Below, piece after piece: positions 26,389 to 39,559 of a DNA stretch of 64,000 nucleotides (within the stretch, counting starts at the first letter, position 1; every line of letters starts with the position of its first letter). Made by a program: the position numbers and the translations under genes. Origin of the DNA: Chiloscyllium plagiosum (lineage: Eukaryota); the NCBI RefSeq assembly GCF_004010195.1, contig NC_057751.1, positions 5,387,223 through 5,451,222 of the forward strand, given 5' to 3'. The notes beneath the pieces are model-generated. The model was not told the origin of the DNA. It did not search any database and worked only from the letters and a program-made list of their open reading frames with translations.

Positions 26389-26685
26389 CAGTCAGTTCTG
26401 CTATCATGTGGTAGTTCCATTCTCATGTAATCCTGTGTTTCAGAAAATCACACAATTGCAGCACCATCTAAACTAAAGGTCATTCTGCTACAATGCGCGC
26501 TTCATTAATGCAAATTCACTTTTACACAATTGACGAATTGAACACTGTTTCTGTAGCACGAGTTTATACAGTGATAATACAGTGGTAACAATGTGATTCC
26601 AACCCCATTAGCTTAAATGATGCTGCTCTGAAGTGACTTTCTTATAATATGAGAATGGAACTACCACGTTCCCCAGAAACGACTG
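26389..26685. mobile_element. Tc1/mariner-pogo (Tigger-like) MITE
   Basis: TA|CAGTC...GTGGTAGTTCCATTCTCAT ... ATGAGAATGGAACTACCAC...GACTG|TA: terminal inverted repeats with TA duplication. Confidence 0.75.
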
Positions 26686-26737
26686 TAATGGGATCAGAAT
26701 CATGTTATAACCAATATACGCTTTAAAAGTTTGCGCT

Positions 26738-27017
26738 TTAGATTAGCTATAGTGTGGAAACAGGCCCTTCGGCCCAACCAACCCTCCGAAAAGTAACCCA
26801 CCCAGAGCCATTTCCTTCTGACTAATGCACCTAACGCTTTGCGTAATTTAGCATGGCCAATCCACCCTAACCTGCACATCTTTGTGATAGTGGGAGGAAA
26901 CACATGCAGACACAGGGAGAATGTACAAACTCCACACAGAGAGTCTCTTCAGGCTGGAATCGAACCTGGTACCCTGGTGCTGTGAGGCAGCAGTGCTAAC
27001 CACTGAGCCACCGTGCC
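26738..27017 (-). mobile_element. Near full-length HE1/V-SINE-like SINE
   Basis: Minus strand ggcacggtggctcagtggttagcactgctgcctcacagc...ggttcgattcc (A and B boxes), V-domain-like body, CR1-like tail. Confidence 0.85.
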
Positions 27018-27187
27018 ACACTAGAAACAGTGTCCCCAGTTTGTCAATCATGTTCTGGTGAATGCATGTTATAGTAGAACGACCTGCAATTTCCTCTGAG
27101 CCTCATTTGGTGAACATCTTGAGTCCAACTTATGATAACTGGCCCATTCCCGATGTGTTTGGGAAAGGGTCAGGTCAGTGCACGATC

Positions 27188-27872
27188 CCATTCATATACC
27201 CATCCAAATGCCTCTTAAATGTTGCAATTGTACCAGCCTTCACCACTTCCTCTGGCAGCTCATTCCATACATGTGCCACCCTCAGAGTGAAAAGGTTGCT
27301 CTTTAGGTCCCTTTTATATCTTTCCCCTCTCACCCTAAACCTATGCCCCTCCAGTTTTGGACTCCCAGACCCCAGGGAAAAGACTTTGTCTATTTATCCT
27401 ATCCATGCCCCTCATAATTTTATAAACCTCGAGAAGGCCACCCCTCAGCCCCAGCCTATTCAACCTCTCCCAATACCTCAAACCCTCCAACCCTCCAACA
27501 CTGGCAAAATCCTAGTAAATGTTTTCTGAACCCTTTCAAGTTCCACAACATCCTTCAGATAGGAAATAGACCAGAATTGCACGCAATATTCCAACAGTGG
27601 CCTAACTAATGTCCTGTACAGCCACAACATGACCTCACAACTCCTGTACTCAATACTCTGACCAATAAAGGAAAGCAAACCAAACACCTTCTTCACTATC
27701 CTATCTACCTGCGACTCCACTTTCAAGGAGCTATGAACCTGCACTCCAAGGTCTCTTTGTTCAGCAACACTCCCTAGGACCTTACCATTAAGTGTATAAG
27801 TCCTGCTAAGATTTGCTTTCCCAAAATGCAGCACCTCACATTTATCTAAATTAAACTCCATCTGCCACTTCT
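27188..27872 (-). mobile_element. HER1/CR1 LINE 3' fragment
   Basis: MEFNLDKCEVLHFGK...QRDLGVQV...LYRTLVRPLLEYCVQFWS. Confidence 0.92.
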
Positions 27873-28113
27873 CTGTTTTCCAGTTGGTCTACTTTGTGAG
27901 CCTTGCGTTACCTAGGCCAGAGCTCTGGAATTGCCTGGTTTTTCTCCTTGGCGGTGCCTGATGTTGTAATTCATCTCAGCATGTGCCTGTGCATCCAGCA
28001 GCCTGGGTCAGCATGAGGGTTTCATGACATTCGGTGGAGCGGGAGGGATCCAGAACCGTGCAGCCAGTGAGAGTGACCGCTGTGTGTGTTTTTGACCCCA
28101 CCCCACCTTACAG

Positions 28114-28365
28114 GGCCGCTGCATTAACTTCACTCGGGTGAAGAGCGAAGCCAAGCCAGCCAGCTACCCGATCTACAACAACATGAGGAATGTGGGACCT
28201 CCACCCATCTACTGCCCCAACCTCAGCCCTCCTGCCTCTCCAGCCCCGTCGCCTGAACCTTCACCTGCTCCATCGCCGACTTCCTCGCTGCCTCCACCAC
28301 CACCAGGCCCACCGCCTAGCCGGGCCCCTCCACCATCTCGCCCACCTCCACGCCCTTCCTTCTGA
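28114..28365 (+). CDS. ANTXR1: Last coding exon of anthrax toxin receptor 1 (TEM8), proline-rich cytoplasmic tail
   Basis: Acceptor ccttacag at 28106-28113, then [23 protein letters not shown]...[28 protein letters not shown]. Matches the remembered ANTXR1 C-terminus ([10 protein letters not shown]...[14 protein letters not shown]). Lies tail-to-tail with GFPT1 as in human. Confidence 0.93.
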   Translation, partial: GRCINFTRVKSEAKPASYPIYNNMRNVGPPPIYCPNLSPPASPAPSPEPSPAPSPTSSLPPPPPGPPPSRAPPPSRPPPRPSF

Positions 28366-30814
28366 AGCCTCCAGCTGACCCGAGGATTGAGTGGCCGATG
28401 GTGAAAGGCCACCAAAGTGGTACTGTGTCAAGGCTCCCTGCTGGCCCGATGGAGATTGTCTTCCCTTTTGTCAGTCTTTTATATATATATACATATATAT
28501 ATATATTGCAGGGTGCAAAACAAGCTCCAATCCACACAGCAATATCCTTCTGAACTTGTGCCAGTTAAAGTTGGCATCGTTGTCTTCAAGTCCATCAATT
28601 GTCGCTTTTACGTTGTGTGATATATTGATATTCGGCAGTTACCATTTTATATATAACCTTATTACATTTTTGCTATCTTTCTGCAACTAAAGCCGCTAGG
28701 CGGACGACACATTGGGTTTTGAGCAGCCTGTCTAGGAGATTGGCTGTTGAGTTTCTCGCTTCTCTCTCTGCACACGGACGGATGGGAAGGGGACGCCGAT
28801 ATCCCTTGCTGGTTGTGTCAGTTTGAAGGTGATCAGTAACAGCTCCTGACGGGCCTGGGCTGTAACGCAGTGTCCCGTTTGGCATCGCCGTCCATCACAA
28901 CAGATATCTTGCAGCTTCGATTCCCAGCGTGCTCCCTCTGTCGCTTGGGCGGGGGTGGGGGGGAGGAGGAGGGGGACAGTGGGGGTGGTCGTTGTTCTCC
29001 AACTGGGACCCACTTCTCACCAGGGTAGAGGAGGGGGGACAGGGGGACGTTGTCACGGCGCAGTGGGGAAGGAGAAGCTGCATGGGGACAGCTTGCCCGA
29101 TTTAGGGGTTTTCCACCTTCCTGCCCCTCTCCCTATCTCTCTCTCTCACTCCTGTAGCCCTCCTCCCCCTTTCCTCCAACCCTGTATCAGATACCGTTGT
29201 GGTCTGGCTGGGCAGATTGGGGCCAGCGGGTGGAGTTAGGGAACTGCAGGGCAAGGGGCAAACTAAACAAACTGGTGATGCTGCTCTCCTGGGGGTGACC
29301 TTCCAATGGAAGCAGCTCTTCAAGCTGCTGGGATTGTGCTGCTCCCTGGGGCAATGGTTGGAAGGTGGATGGGCTACGCAGGTTTGTACCTCCCACTGAC
29401 ACTCACCCCACCGCCGCCCGTTAGTGCCCTCCCTCAGGGGTTGAGGGGAATGGGGGCACCGGCAGTGAGACTTCCCACTTGCCCTGTGCCCCCCTCACCC
29501 CCATCACCTCGATCCCACCGAGCGAGCATGGGGCAACAACATACCTGACAGGAAATGGGTGAGGTTCCTGGAAACGCTCCACTATCCCGGGAACTGGTGG
29601 ACTTCATCGGGAATTCTACGGGACTGGGACCCACTGAGTGGAAAAGCTGGTTGTGGAGATCATGCATATCTATCACGATGTGGGGAATCAGCAAGGCTGG
29701 CAAAATAAGAAAGGAGAATTGGAGATAAAACAGAGAGAGACAGATTCAATCCAAGAGAGTTTCCCATTGGGAAAGCATTTGGGAGCAGGATGTATCATTC
29801 CGTATGGATTCACCTTGGATTGAAAGAGTAACTAATAACTACCAAACTACTTCACCTCTGGAAGCAACAAGAACAAAAGCACACCTCTGGTCTTTTCATA
29901 ACTACGGCGGTTCCTTCTCATCTTGCCTTCCTTGTCACCCAGCACCTGCCAAAGCCTTCATGTTATTGTCCCTCTCCCTCCATTTCAGGTTGCAGGGAAG
30001 GTTATTGGTGTGACACCTCAACTGGCTTTTAGCATCACAGTCTTGGACGGTCTTGAACACAAGCGACAAACCGAGCCAAAGAGATCGTTGACCACCTTAT
30101 ATTTTTTCCTTCCCCTCGTGGTGTTCAGGGATGTTATGACACACCCTCTGGAGCAGGTGGGACTTGAACCCGGGTCTGACCCTGTTAATTGTGGACCATG
30201 GAGAGAAAGCAATCAGCTCCATCAGACTCAGCAGACAGGGCTGTAAAATCACCTCAAGTTGCTGCATGAAGCAAACAAACAGGATGAAGATAAATAGAGA
30301 GCCCTGTCTGTTCAGTATCGTCTCATGATTGAAAGCACCCGATCTTGCAGATTATACGGAGCTCATTTTACTATCGGGGAGACAAATTGTTGATACCTTC
30401 TGGAGCAAAGAGTGGATTATGTTGTGAAAACTCTTGGAAAAGTTTCCAGCCTTACCTGGAATCATTTGAACAGACAATGTGGTCATTTTTAAGCATATTA
30501 TTTCTCCGCATGTGTGTGTGTGTATGTGCGTTTACAGCCCACCAAAGAGAACACAGAGTTCAAGGGGTGCTGCGGGGAAACACCCTCGAACCCAGTGACG
30601 TGAAGAACTGATGTTGATCAACAATTGGTAGCACTTCTCTCCAGAATGCTTCCTGGTCATGGGCCACATTCCGATAGGAAGACAATACTCCGGGAAAGGA
30701 AATCCAGGCCTTTCTGATGCTCGTAATGGACGGGAAGGCTGACCAAGTTGTTAAATTTACAAACACTGCTTGGACTGAACCGACATTCATGACTGACTTC
30801 AGATCAGAGCCGAA

Positions 30815-31140
30815 GATTAAACAACACCGTAAATGGACAGCACTTGCAGAACTACCCCGACTGCACTCATTGATGTGAGGAGAAGTGGCTTAAAGTCGAT
30901 GTGCGGGACCCACTCTCTGGAAATAACAGAAATCGGTTCAAGACTTGCACTTTTTATTTTGAATTGCCTGGGAACCCTTTGCATTCCCCCATGGCAACAC
31001 TTCAGCCAATCAGAGTCAACTTGCCAACCAATCGGCCCACCCTTTTCTCCTGCGTTATAAATTGCTGTGACTGTTCGGAATCTGGGGTATTCTTGCATTT
31101 GTCCTGACGAGTGTTACTCTTTGTTGGGAAAGTTAACACT
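30815..31140 (+). mobile_element. Probable decayed PLE 3' end
   Basis: ccatggcaac...ccaatcagagtcaacttgccaaccaatc UTR-like motif, then ttgtc-CTGACGA-gtg at about 31099-31113; rest of the core not clear. Confidence 0.4.
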
Positions 31141-31627
31141 TCTGAGACGTTTCTGCACCTATCCATTTCAGGCCTGACCTTCATCAACAATGATCTGAGA
31201 TGAACTAGTTACAGAGCCTAAGCTCACAACACGTGTTGTCCACAAGAGTGTGGGACAGAAGGTGTGCCAGGTCAGAGCAGCAGCATCTCCCTGACACCAA
31301 ACTGAAATGTGGAAACTTGAAGGTGAGAAAGAGGATTGAGGTCCCGAGTAAAGAACTGATCAAAGTAGGAGGGCACTGCAAAGAGTCTTGATTGAAAGAG
31401 GCTGCATGGACAGGTGTTTGCTTTTCAGGAGAAATGTCCAGGGGAGTCATGCAGACCATTGTATTGACAAAGCAGAAAGACAAGGAAGTTGGCATAGAAA
31501 CAAGAGTTGGAGCCTTGGTGCGATAGATCAGTCGATGGTTCATAAGTTGTCATCTCCTTTCTGTGTTGGAGGAGGGTGACAGATATGGGATTCATATTCA
31601 TCCATGAATCCAACAATATAGGCCACA

Positions 31628-33050
31628 CATGGGCCCTGACAACATTCCGGCAATAGCACTGAAGACTTGTGCTCCAGAACTTGCCGCTCCCCTTCCACTA
31701 CAGCTACAACACTGCCATCTCCCTGACAATGTGGAAAATTGCCCAGGTATATCCTGTACACAGAAAGCAGGACAAATCCAACATGGCCAATGACCATTAG
31801 ACTACTCTCAGCCATCAGTAAAGTGATGGCGATGTCAACAACAGCAGTACTGCTCAGCAATAATCTGCTCACCGACAGACAAATTGGCTTCTGCCAGAGC
31901 TCCTGACCTTATTGCAGCTTTGGTTGACATGTGAACCACAAGAGCTGAATTCCAGAGAGGAGGTGAGAGTGACAGTCCTTGACATCAAAGTAGAAAACAC
32001 TGGAGTCAATGGATATTGGAGTTGGGGGCAAGGGGGAAGTGGGAGGAAGTCTCCACTGGTTGCAGTCGTTCCTAGCAAACAGGAAGAGGGTTGTGGTTGT
32101 TGGAGGTCCATCATCTCAGCTCCAGGACATCTCTGCAGGAGTTCCTCAGGGTGATGTCCTCAGCCCAAATATCTACAAATAGCTGATTCATCGTTGACCT
32201 TCCCTCCATCATTAAGTCAGAAGTGAGAATGTTTGCTGATGATTGCACAGTGTTCAGCACTATTTGTGACTGCTCAGATACTGAAGCAATCCGTGTTCAA
32301 ATGCAACAAGACTTGGACAATATCCAGGCTTGGGCTGACAAGTGGCAAGTAACATTCGCGCCACACAAATGCCAGACAGCGACCATCTCCAAAAAAAGAC
32401 AATCTAGCCACCAGCTCATCACATTGAATTGGATCACCATCATTGAATCCCCCAGTATCAACGTCCTGGGGTTACCAGAGACTCAACTGGACCAGCCACC
32501 TAAATACAGTAGTTACAAGAACAGGCCAGACATTAAGAACAGTGCAGCAGGGAACTGAGCTCCTGTCTCCCCAAAGCCTGCCCACCACCTTCAAGCAAGG
32601 AATGTGTTGGAATACTCCCCACTTGCCTGAAACAGGTACAGTTCCAACAACACCTCAGAAGCTCTATACCATCCAGGAGCAAGCAGCCCCTGCCTGACTG
32701 GTACCACATCCACCCCCACCCCCAACACTGACACTCAGTACCATTTGCACGATGCACTCCAGAAATTTGCCAAAGATCCTTAGGTTGCACCTTCCAAACC
32801 CATGACCACCTTCCATCTACAAGGGCTAGGGCAGCAGATACATAGGGACACCATCCTCTGAGCCACTCCCCATCCTGACTTGGAAATTTACCGCCGTTCC
32901 TCAACCTGGGTCAAACTCCTGGAATTCCCTCTCTTAGAGCATTAAAGCAGATGGTCTCTAGCAGTTCAGGAAGGTGTCTCAGCACCACCTTCGGGCAATA
33001 AATGCTCACTCAACTAACAATGTTCAGATCCCAGGAGCGAATTTTTTTTA
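31628..33050 (+). mobile_element. CR1/L2-clade LINE family B, RT and 3' end, decayed
   Basis: RMFADDCTVFSTI...QMQQDLDNIQAWADKWQVTFAPHKCQ (RT FADD motif) and shared 3' tail. Confidence 0.85.
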
Positions 33051-33949
33051 AAAAAAAGTTAGTGGTGCTGTGTAAACAGAAGTATTATTATTCAGTAAAG
33101 GAGCCAAAGATGTAAAAAAGCATATAGTCTTGACATAATTTCACAAGAACGCTTTCGCTTGGCAATGCACGACAATGGCACATATCTTGGCCAATTGCAT
33201 CTCTGCATCTGAAATAACACAGTGTGTGTGTGTCTCTCTAAACTGCAAATGGCTTGCTCAGCATTTCCTTTCTTTCCCAAGTCAGCTCCACCTTCTCGCC
33301 TCTCTCGGTAGGTTTGGGAGGGAGTGTGGGTGGAGAGAGATCTCATGCCCCATTCCCCCAGCCTTATTCGGTTTTGCACTGAAAAGAGACCGTGCAAACT
33401 TTGTAACTTCCCGCGTGGATTTCCGTCCTCACGGCTGGCTCTCAGAGGCTGCAGCCGGGAGGTTGAAAGCTGCAGAGTCACATTTGAGACGGTTACTTTT
33501 CATCATTGTTTGCAGATGTGCCTCTTGTTTTCATCTGCATGCGACATCTCCTGGCTACTGCCGGCACTGCAGGGCAGAGCCCTTTATCAGGAATCTGTTC
33601 CCTGATTCACCCCACACGCACATCTCTTCCCTCTCCCCCCCAGCTCACACCGTCTTTGTGCTGCTCACAAGCTTGCTTTTTAGCTCCTTTTTTTGCTTTG
33701 CATTGGCTTCATTTCCCCGACAACGCTGCAACTCACCTCTCCCTCCAGGTAAAAACGAGGACTGCAGATGCTGGTGCAGATGCCTCACCTCACCCTCTGC
33801 CCACTCCCTGACGTCTACTTTTACTGGGGACCCTTCAAGGTGTTGCTTGAGGGTGACCTCAGCGAGCTCAGTGCAGGTAAATGAGATAAGTGCAGTGTGC
33901 TGCTCATTGGTTGGCATGGACATGGTGGGCCGAAGGGTCAGTGCCGAGG

Positions 33950-34175
33950 AGCAAGTGGGGACTGCAGAAGCTGGCGATCAGAGTCAAGATTGCAGTGTTG
34001 CTGGAAAAAGCACACAGCAGGTCAGGCAGCATCCGAGGATCAGGAGGATTAACGTTTCGGGCAAGAGCCCTTTATCAGGAATCTGTTCCCTGATTTGCCT
34101 GAAACGTTCAATTCTCCTGATCCTCGGATGCTGCCTGACTTGCTGTGCTTTTCCAGCAGCACACTCCGGACTGTT
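33950..34175. mobile_element. PLE-derived hairpin mini-element
   Basis: agtgttgctggaaaag...aacgtttc and inverted gaaacgtt...ttttccagcagcacact; minus-strand core CTGATAA. Confidence 0.75.
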
Positions 34176-36769
34176 TCAGTCTCTCTCTCTCTCTCTGTCC
34201 ATCCTGCCAGCGTGCAGGTTTAGACTGAGTGAGGTGAGCAGGGACATGTGTGGCAGCAGTTCGGGGCATTCCGTTCTGGGCGAATATTTCCCTGGAACTC
34301 AGTGCCCGTCAGGACGGGAGAAGAAGCCGAAACCTTCATTACATCGGGCAAGTATTTGGATGTGCAGTCGTGATGCTAAGGCAGACAGGGTTGAGGGACA
34401 GAGTATACAGAAAAGGGGTCGATAGAGTCAGGGATTGAAACCAGGCATTTGAACACGAGGTTCGAACCTCAGAAGATAGCCAGAGGAGTCGAGGACTACG
34501 AGACGTTATTTGCAAGTGGAGATTTTCCCCATTTCACGTTGTCTCTGAGACCAGGGGAGCACCCCCCCCCCACCGTCACCCTGACCCCCCCACACACCAA
34601 GCAACCCTCTGATGGTCAGTGGAACACATTCAGTCCGCCCACTCGCTTCAACGGGACGGACAAAACCAAACCATGAATCTGCAACTCGGCGCAAATCAGA
34701 GACACACACCTCAGCCCCAGGGTGGGGATCGAGGGCTTCCAGACCTGCCCGCCTTTGGTTCCGTCAGCAGACAGCGAACATCAGGGACTTCCCAAAGGGG
34801 CTGGCCGTCAAACTCTACAAGATCGACTGCACCCTTTGCTCTACGGCCATTCCGATCGACACGGGGCGCACACCCAACCGATCAGATCAGAAATTGCTGA
34901 AAGGGAGACTGAGCAGGTCTGGAGGCATCTGAAGGGAGAGACAGAGAAAGCAGAGTTGACGTTTCGGGTCCCCAGTGACCCTGGAAGGTTCATTTCAAAT
35001 TCGATCTGAAAAGTTATGACGGGGAGTGGCATTCAGTCGGGGTGGGCGCAACAGGAACCTCCTGATCCAGGTTTTCCTGCTCCCTCGGATGCTGCCTGAC
35101 CTGCTGCGCTTTTCCAGCACCACTCTGGTCTGGGTGCAAGGAGGGGGGATTGGGCCCATCCTGCTCTGTCTACAGGAAACACCGCACCCACCCAACCTTG
35201 CAAAATCTCCCCCCAACCCTCCCTCCTCGCTGTTGTGTCATCGACTCTGTTATTGGCAGTGACGGTGTTCCCCTTAACCCCGGTCCAGGGAGCAGGAGAG
35301 AGAGTCAGGACCTCAGATGCCGGAGAGCAGAGTCAGAAATCAAAGTGTGGTGCTGGGAAAAGCACCTAGCAGGTCAGGCAGCATCTGAGGGAGCAGTTGG
35401 CCCGATCAGCTCAGCTCCATCCAAGTGAGTTGTTCCCATTGAGTGTATGTGTGGGGGGGAGGGTGGAAAGGATCGCAGGAGGAGGCACGGTTTATTGCCT
35501 GTCCTGAGTTACCCAGACAGCTGGGACCACCCATTCTTCCCCCTCCATCCCCAGTGAGCAATTCAGTCCGTGGTGCACATGCCCACCACGCTGCAGCCCC
35601 AATACCGGGTTCATGGTGCCCAGCAAATGAGGGAAGGGAGGCCTTGGGGGGATTGAGGCAATGCTTCTTAGTGGTTTTGGGACTGGGGGTCAAAACTGGT
35701 GGCGATGGTGGAGGGTGTGTGTGCGTGTGTGGAGCGGGTGGTAACTTGGTATAGACTGCTTATCTGGGTACCGAACCACTGCGGTTTCTCTGGAGATCTG
35801 CCACCCACTGAACCCACTCACAGTGTTCTGAGACAGGATTTCCCTCGGGAAACTGTGGATTCATCCAATCCTGAGCTCCTCCCAACACAAAGCCCCAACC
35901 CCACCAACTCCCAATACAGGCCAAAGGGATAGTCACAACCTCCATGCAATGTTGTCCCAGTGCATTTGAACCTGGGTTTCCGTTATTCTGTGCAGTTTAC
36001 ACACAAGCAGAGGTGATGGACCCCAAGTTAAAAACTGAATCATATGGAGTGGTCACCAGCCGAGGAGAAATCTTGTATCATTTCATTGCATGCTCCACAT
36101 CTGCCTGGCTGAAGCGTCTCAAATCCACAGTGGGGACTGTTTCTAAGGGGTGGATTGGGGCAGTAAATTATTGTACAGAGGCCAAGTACTTGTTTATGGC
36201 ATGTTGATCAAGCTGTGCTTGTTAACCATTGCTTTACTGCCTATTTGATCTGTTTACATTTTCTTTGGGTTTTGAACGAACGCCTGACTTTCAGAAATGC
36301 AAAAGTAAACACACACAAGGACTTCAACAAGGATTGCAATTCCACCAGCTCATTAAGACTGATTGAACCAATACTGGCGAAACATCCGCACTTGACAGCT
36401 TCCTGGGCATGTGAGTCACGTGGACGAATATCTGAACATGATTGTTCCTGTGGAACTGGAGTGCAAGAATCACCTGTACAACCTACTGGTTTCACCCACT
36501 TGGGTGTATCATTTGTCACATGGACATGGAAAAGGATTTTTGGTTCACATTTTGCCTGGTTGCTGGATGCAAGTGGTCTCATTCTACACAGGACACAGAA
36601 ACACAGGAACAGGCCATTGAATCCCTTGAATTTGTTCTACCATTCAAGGCTGATTTGTGGCCTAACTCAGTACACCTGCTTTGGGCCTGTAGACCCTTCC
36701 TAACTTCGCTCAGCAGAAAACAAAGATCAATAACACTGATTTAAAACAAGCAACGGACTGGTCTAATAT

Positions 36770-36915
36770 CAAACAAAGAACTGCAGATGCTGGAAATCTG
36801 AAAAAGAAACAGAAATTGCTGGGCAAACTCAGCAGATCTGGCAGTGTTTGTGGAGAGAGAGAGAGAGAGAGAGACAGAGTTAACATTTCTGGTGCAGTGA
36901 CCCTTCTTCAGAACT
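36770..36915 (-). mobile_element. PLE terminus with degenerate hammerhead
   Basis: Minus strand AGTT-CTGAAGA-A-GGGTC-actg-CACCA-GAAAT-GTT-AACT then the tail ...cagcatctgcagttc. Confidence 0.65.
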
Positions 36916-38729
36916 GATTAATCTGTCTGGTGTCCAGGGATGTCACTGACACACTTGCTGTGGCGTTTCACCACACCGCGTAATCCCATCCTCCAGTTGT
37001 ATGTAATGAGTGTAATTTTATTGAAAGCAGGCTGAGGAAAGAAGATAACTATGATATTCATTTAACAGACTATAAACAAGGTGTCGGCCGGCTTGGGCAG
37101 TTGACCCTTAACCTGTACTTAATTCCGACCTGCAGCACATTGCTGATTTCCTCAGGTTGAATGACCTGGCTGGGAACAGGGTAACCTGTAATCTTCCTGT
37201 ACACACAATCTCTTCACAACGGTTTGTGGCATCTACAGGGAAAAATGCAAGCCAAGAAATTAGCGCTGACCAGTGTTGTGTTGTCTCATGCCTTGTCGCG
37301 ACGAGTCAACCTGTCGGTTGTACCAAAATGGAAGATGGGAACCATGAAAATCATCAGAATTTTATTGTCTGCTCAGCAACAGCGATTCCAAAGCTGTGGG
37401 ACAGACAACAGACTGAGGAAATTTTGCTGAACTCACAAGCGACACTTTAAGTCACAAAGCAAATCTGTCATTTAAATGGGAGAGGGTTGGGCACTGCCCC
37501 TGCCAATGTGTCATTTGACAATGCAAAGATGGCTTTGGGTTTTGGGTAGAGCACCGTCCTTCCCTCCCTCATTCATACCAAAATGGGGAATCAGGCGAGG
37601 CCTCCAGAGAGAAGGGAGAAGGAACGTGATAAAACAGGCCAGGCTCTGTGCTGGAGTCACTGGCTGTGAGATGTGTGCAAGGGTTACAAAGCTGAATGAG
37701 AGCAGCCTGCAGGGCAGCCAACCAGCGAGTCAGCCCACATCCCAGCGTGAGCTGCAGTCTTATCTACCACTAAGGTTGGAAGCAGGTTCATTTCAGGGCC
37801 AGGTTCAAGTGAAAATTAGCCGAAACCACTCACACCACTGTTATAGAGAAAATAAATTGATGGCGGGATTTTTTTTGTCTATTCCGTTTTTTTCCCACAA
37901 TGTAACTCTTTGTTCATTAAACTTGGTGTGCTGGTATCCTTGTGTGGATGTGTCTTTTGCTTCCCCCCAGGGAGCACAAATCACTCAGGCAGTCAAGGAG
38001 TTTGAAGATGCTATTTTTACTTTGTGTTCTGTCCAACTTTGACAGTCATTACACTTGTCAAGTTCAGGATGTACTGTAAAGCACTTTGGCATAGTGTGGG
38101 GACATGTGCATGCCAAGCAAATAGCTGAACAAAATACACTCACTGCAGAATTCTCGCAGTTCAAGAAATGACTTTTTGGCCCATCATACAATTATAAAAA
38201 AACAGGAACAAGAGAAGGCTATTTGACCTCTCGAGCCTGGTTTGTCATTCAGTGGGATCATAGTTGGTCCGACATTCCTCACACCCACTTTCCTGCTCTT
38301 CCCTTCATTCCCCTGCTGATCAGGAATGTATCTCAGCCTTCAATACACACAAGGACTCTGGTACCATAGCTGTCTGTGACAAGGTGCTTCAAAGACTCTC
38401 AACCCTCTGAGGGGAAGAAATTCCTTTTCATTCTCAGTCTGAAATTGGTGTCCCATTATTCTGAGATTATGCCTTCTGATCTTCATGTCTGTGTCTGCTC
38501 TCCAAACGAGTAGCCGCACTCTCATACTCTTTCTCCGGTATCCTGAGTATTCCTGTTTAAAGAAACATCTGCATTCCAGATCCTGACCACTCAATACACC
38601 AACACTATGAAGTCACATCTGCTCATTCTTTTACATGTTTGCCCTCTCAACTCTTGATCCTTGCAGGACTGGGAAAGGTTGCTCTCCATCAACGGTGCCC
38701 GGATCTTAAGTACCTCCAACATACCTCCT

Positions 38730-38997
38730 GAGAGAGGAAAGATATAAAAGAGACCTAAGGGGCAACTTTTTCACGCAGAGGGTGATACGGGTATGGAATG
38801 AGCTGCCAGAGGAAGTGGTGGAGGCTGGTACAATTGCAACATTTAAGAGGCATCTGGATGGGTATATGAATAGGAAGGGTTTAAAGGGATATGGGCTGGG
38901 TACTGGCAGGTGGGACTAGATTGGGTTGGGATATCTGGTCAGCATGGACGGGTTGGACCGAAGGGTCTGTCTCCGTGCTGGACATCTCTATGACTCT
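38730..38997 (+). mobile_element. HER1/CR1 3' tail fragment
   Basis: tggaatgagctgccagaggaagtggtggaggctggtacaatt...ctctatgactc, near identical to other copies in the window. Confidence 0.88.
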
Positions 38998-39164
38998 CGG
39001 CCTTCCCCCGCACCCCACCCCCAACCAAAAGGAGAACAAAGTAGCTTCTCCAATTTATCCTGAAGTGAAATTTCCATCTGTGCATGCATTCTCGTGAACA
39101 CTTGATGGTGTAACTTCACTTTCATGACTGTGTTATGGCTTTTGTCTGAAACGACACACCAAAT

Positions 39165-39170
39165 AATAAA
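39165..39170 (+). terminator. Candidate distal polyadenylation signal of ANTXR1
   Basis: AATAAA on plus strand in unique sequence downstream of the ANTXR1 stop; other AATAAA at about 32996 (inside a LINE tail) and 37851. No transcript evidence. Confidence 0.3.
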
Positions 39171-39553
39171 ACATTGAACCTATTGTACTGGAGCTGCTTC
39201 TTGCCTCTTGGTGAGCACCACGACTGTTACTGAATAATTGCAGCGACAGCCTTAACTGTAATATAGCTTCAGAGAGCTCTAACTTACTTCACATGGGGCC
39301 TTTGCATGAGTAAATATGGTCTCAATGTTGAATCCACGTTACAAGGAGTTGCAGGCCAGGATCTACCAAGAGTCCTGCCAACTTTTTTTTTCCATGTATG
39401 ATTACACATGCCATAGTTTGACTGCTCAGTGAAAGGCAGATCAGTGAACATGGAAAAATGAAAATCATTTACCAATTACTGTCTTCACTGGAGCATGTCT
39501 GCCAATACTCATGAAAGAAACTTCTCAGAGTCTTCAAGAAAACCTAACTTATT

Positions 39554-39559
39554 TTTATT
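39554..39559 (-). terminator. Candidate distal polyadenylation signal of GFPT1
   Basis: AATAAA on minus strand at the end of a repeat-poor stretch; more proximal alternatives at 46503-46508, 45926-45931 and 44878-44883. No transcript evidence. Confidence 0.35.

Noticed and set aside
26940..27017. tRNA genes at A/B-box sequences (also 50510-50588, 5380-5435)
   Set aside because: No full cloverleaf; each continues into a repeated SINE body.
33175..34425. 416-aa ORF, longest in the window
   Set aside because: Runs through microsatellites and a hairpin repeat, no recognisable domain; most likely a chance open frame.
34950..34990. Hammerhead motif on minus strand (also 61545-61590)
   Set aside because: Only stem II and GAAAC-GTH remain; the CTGANGA half is missing.
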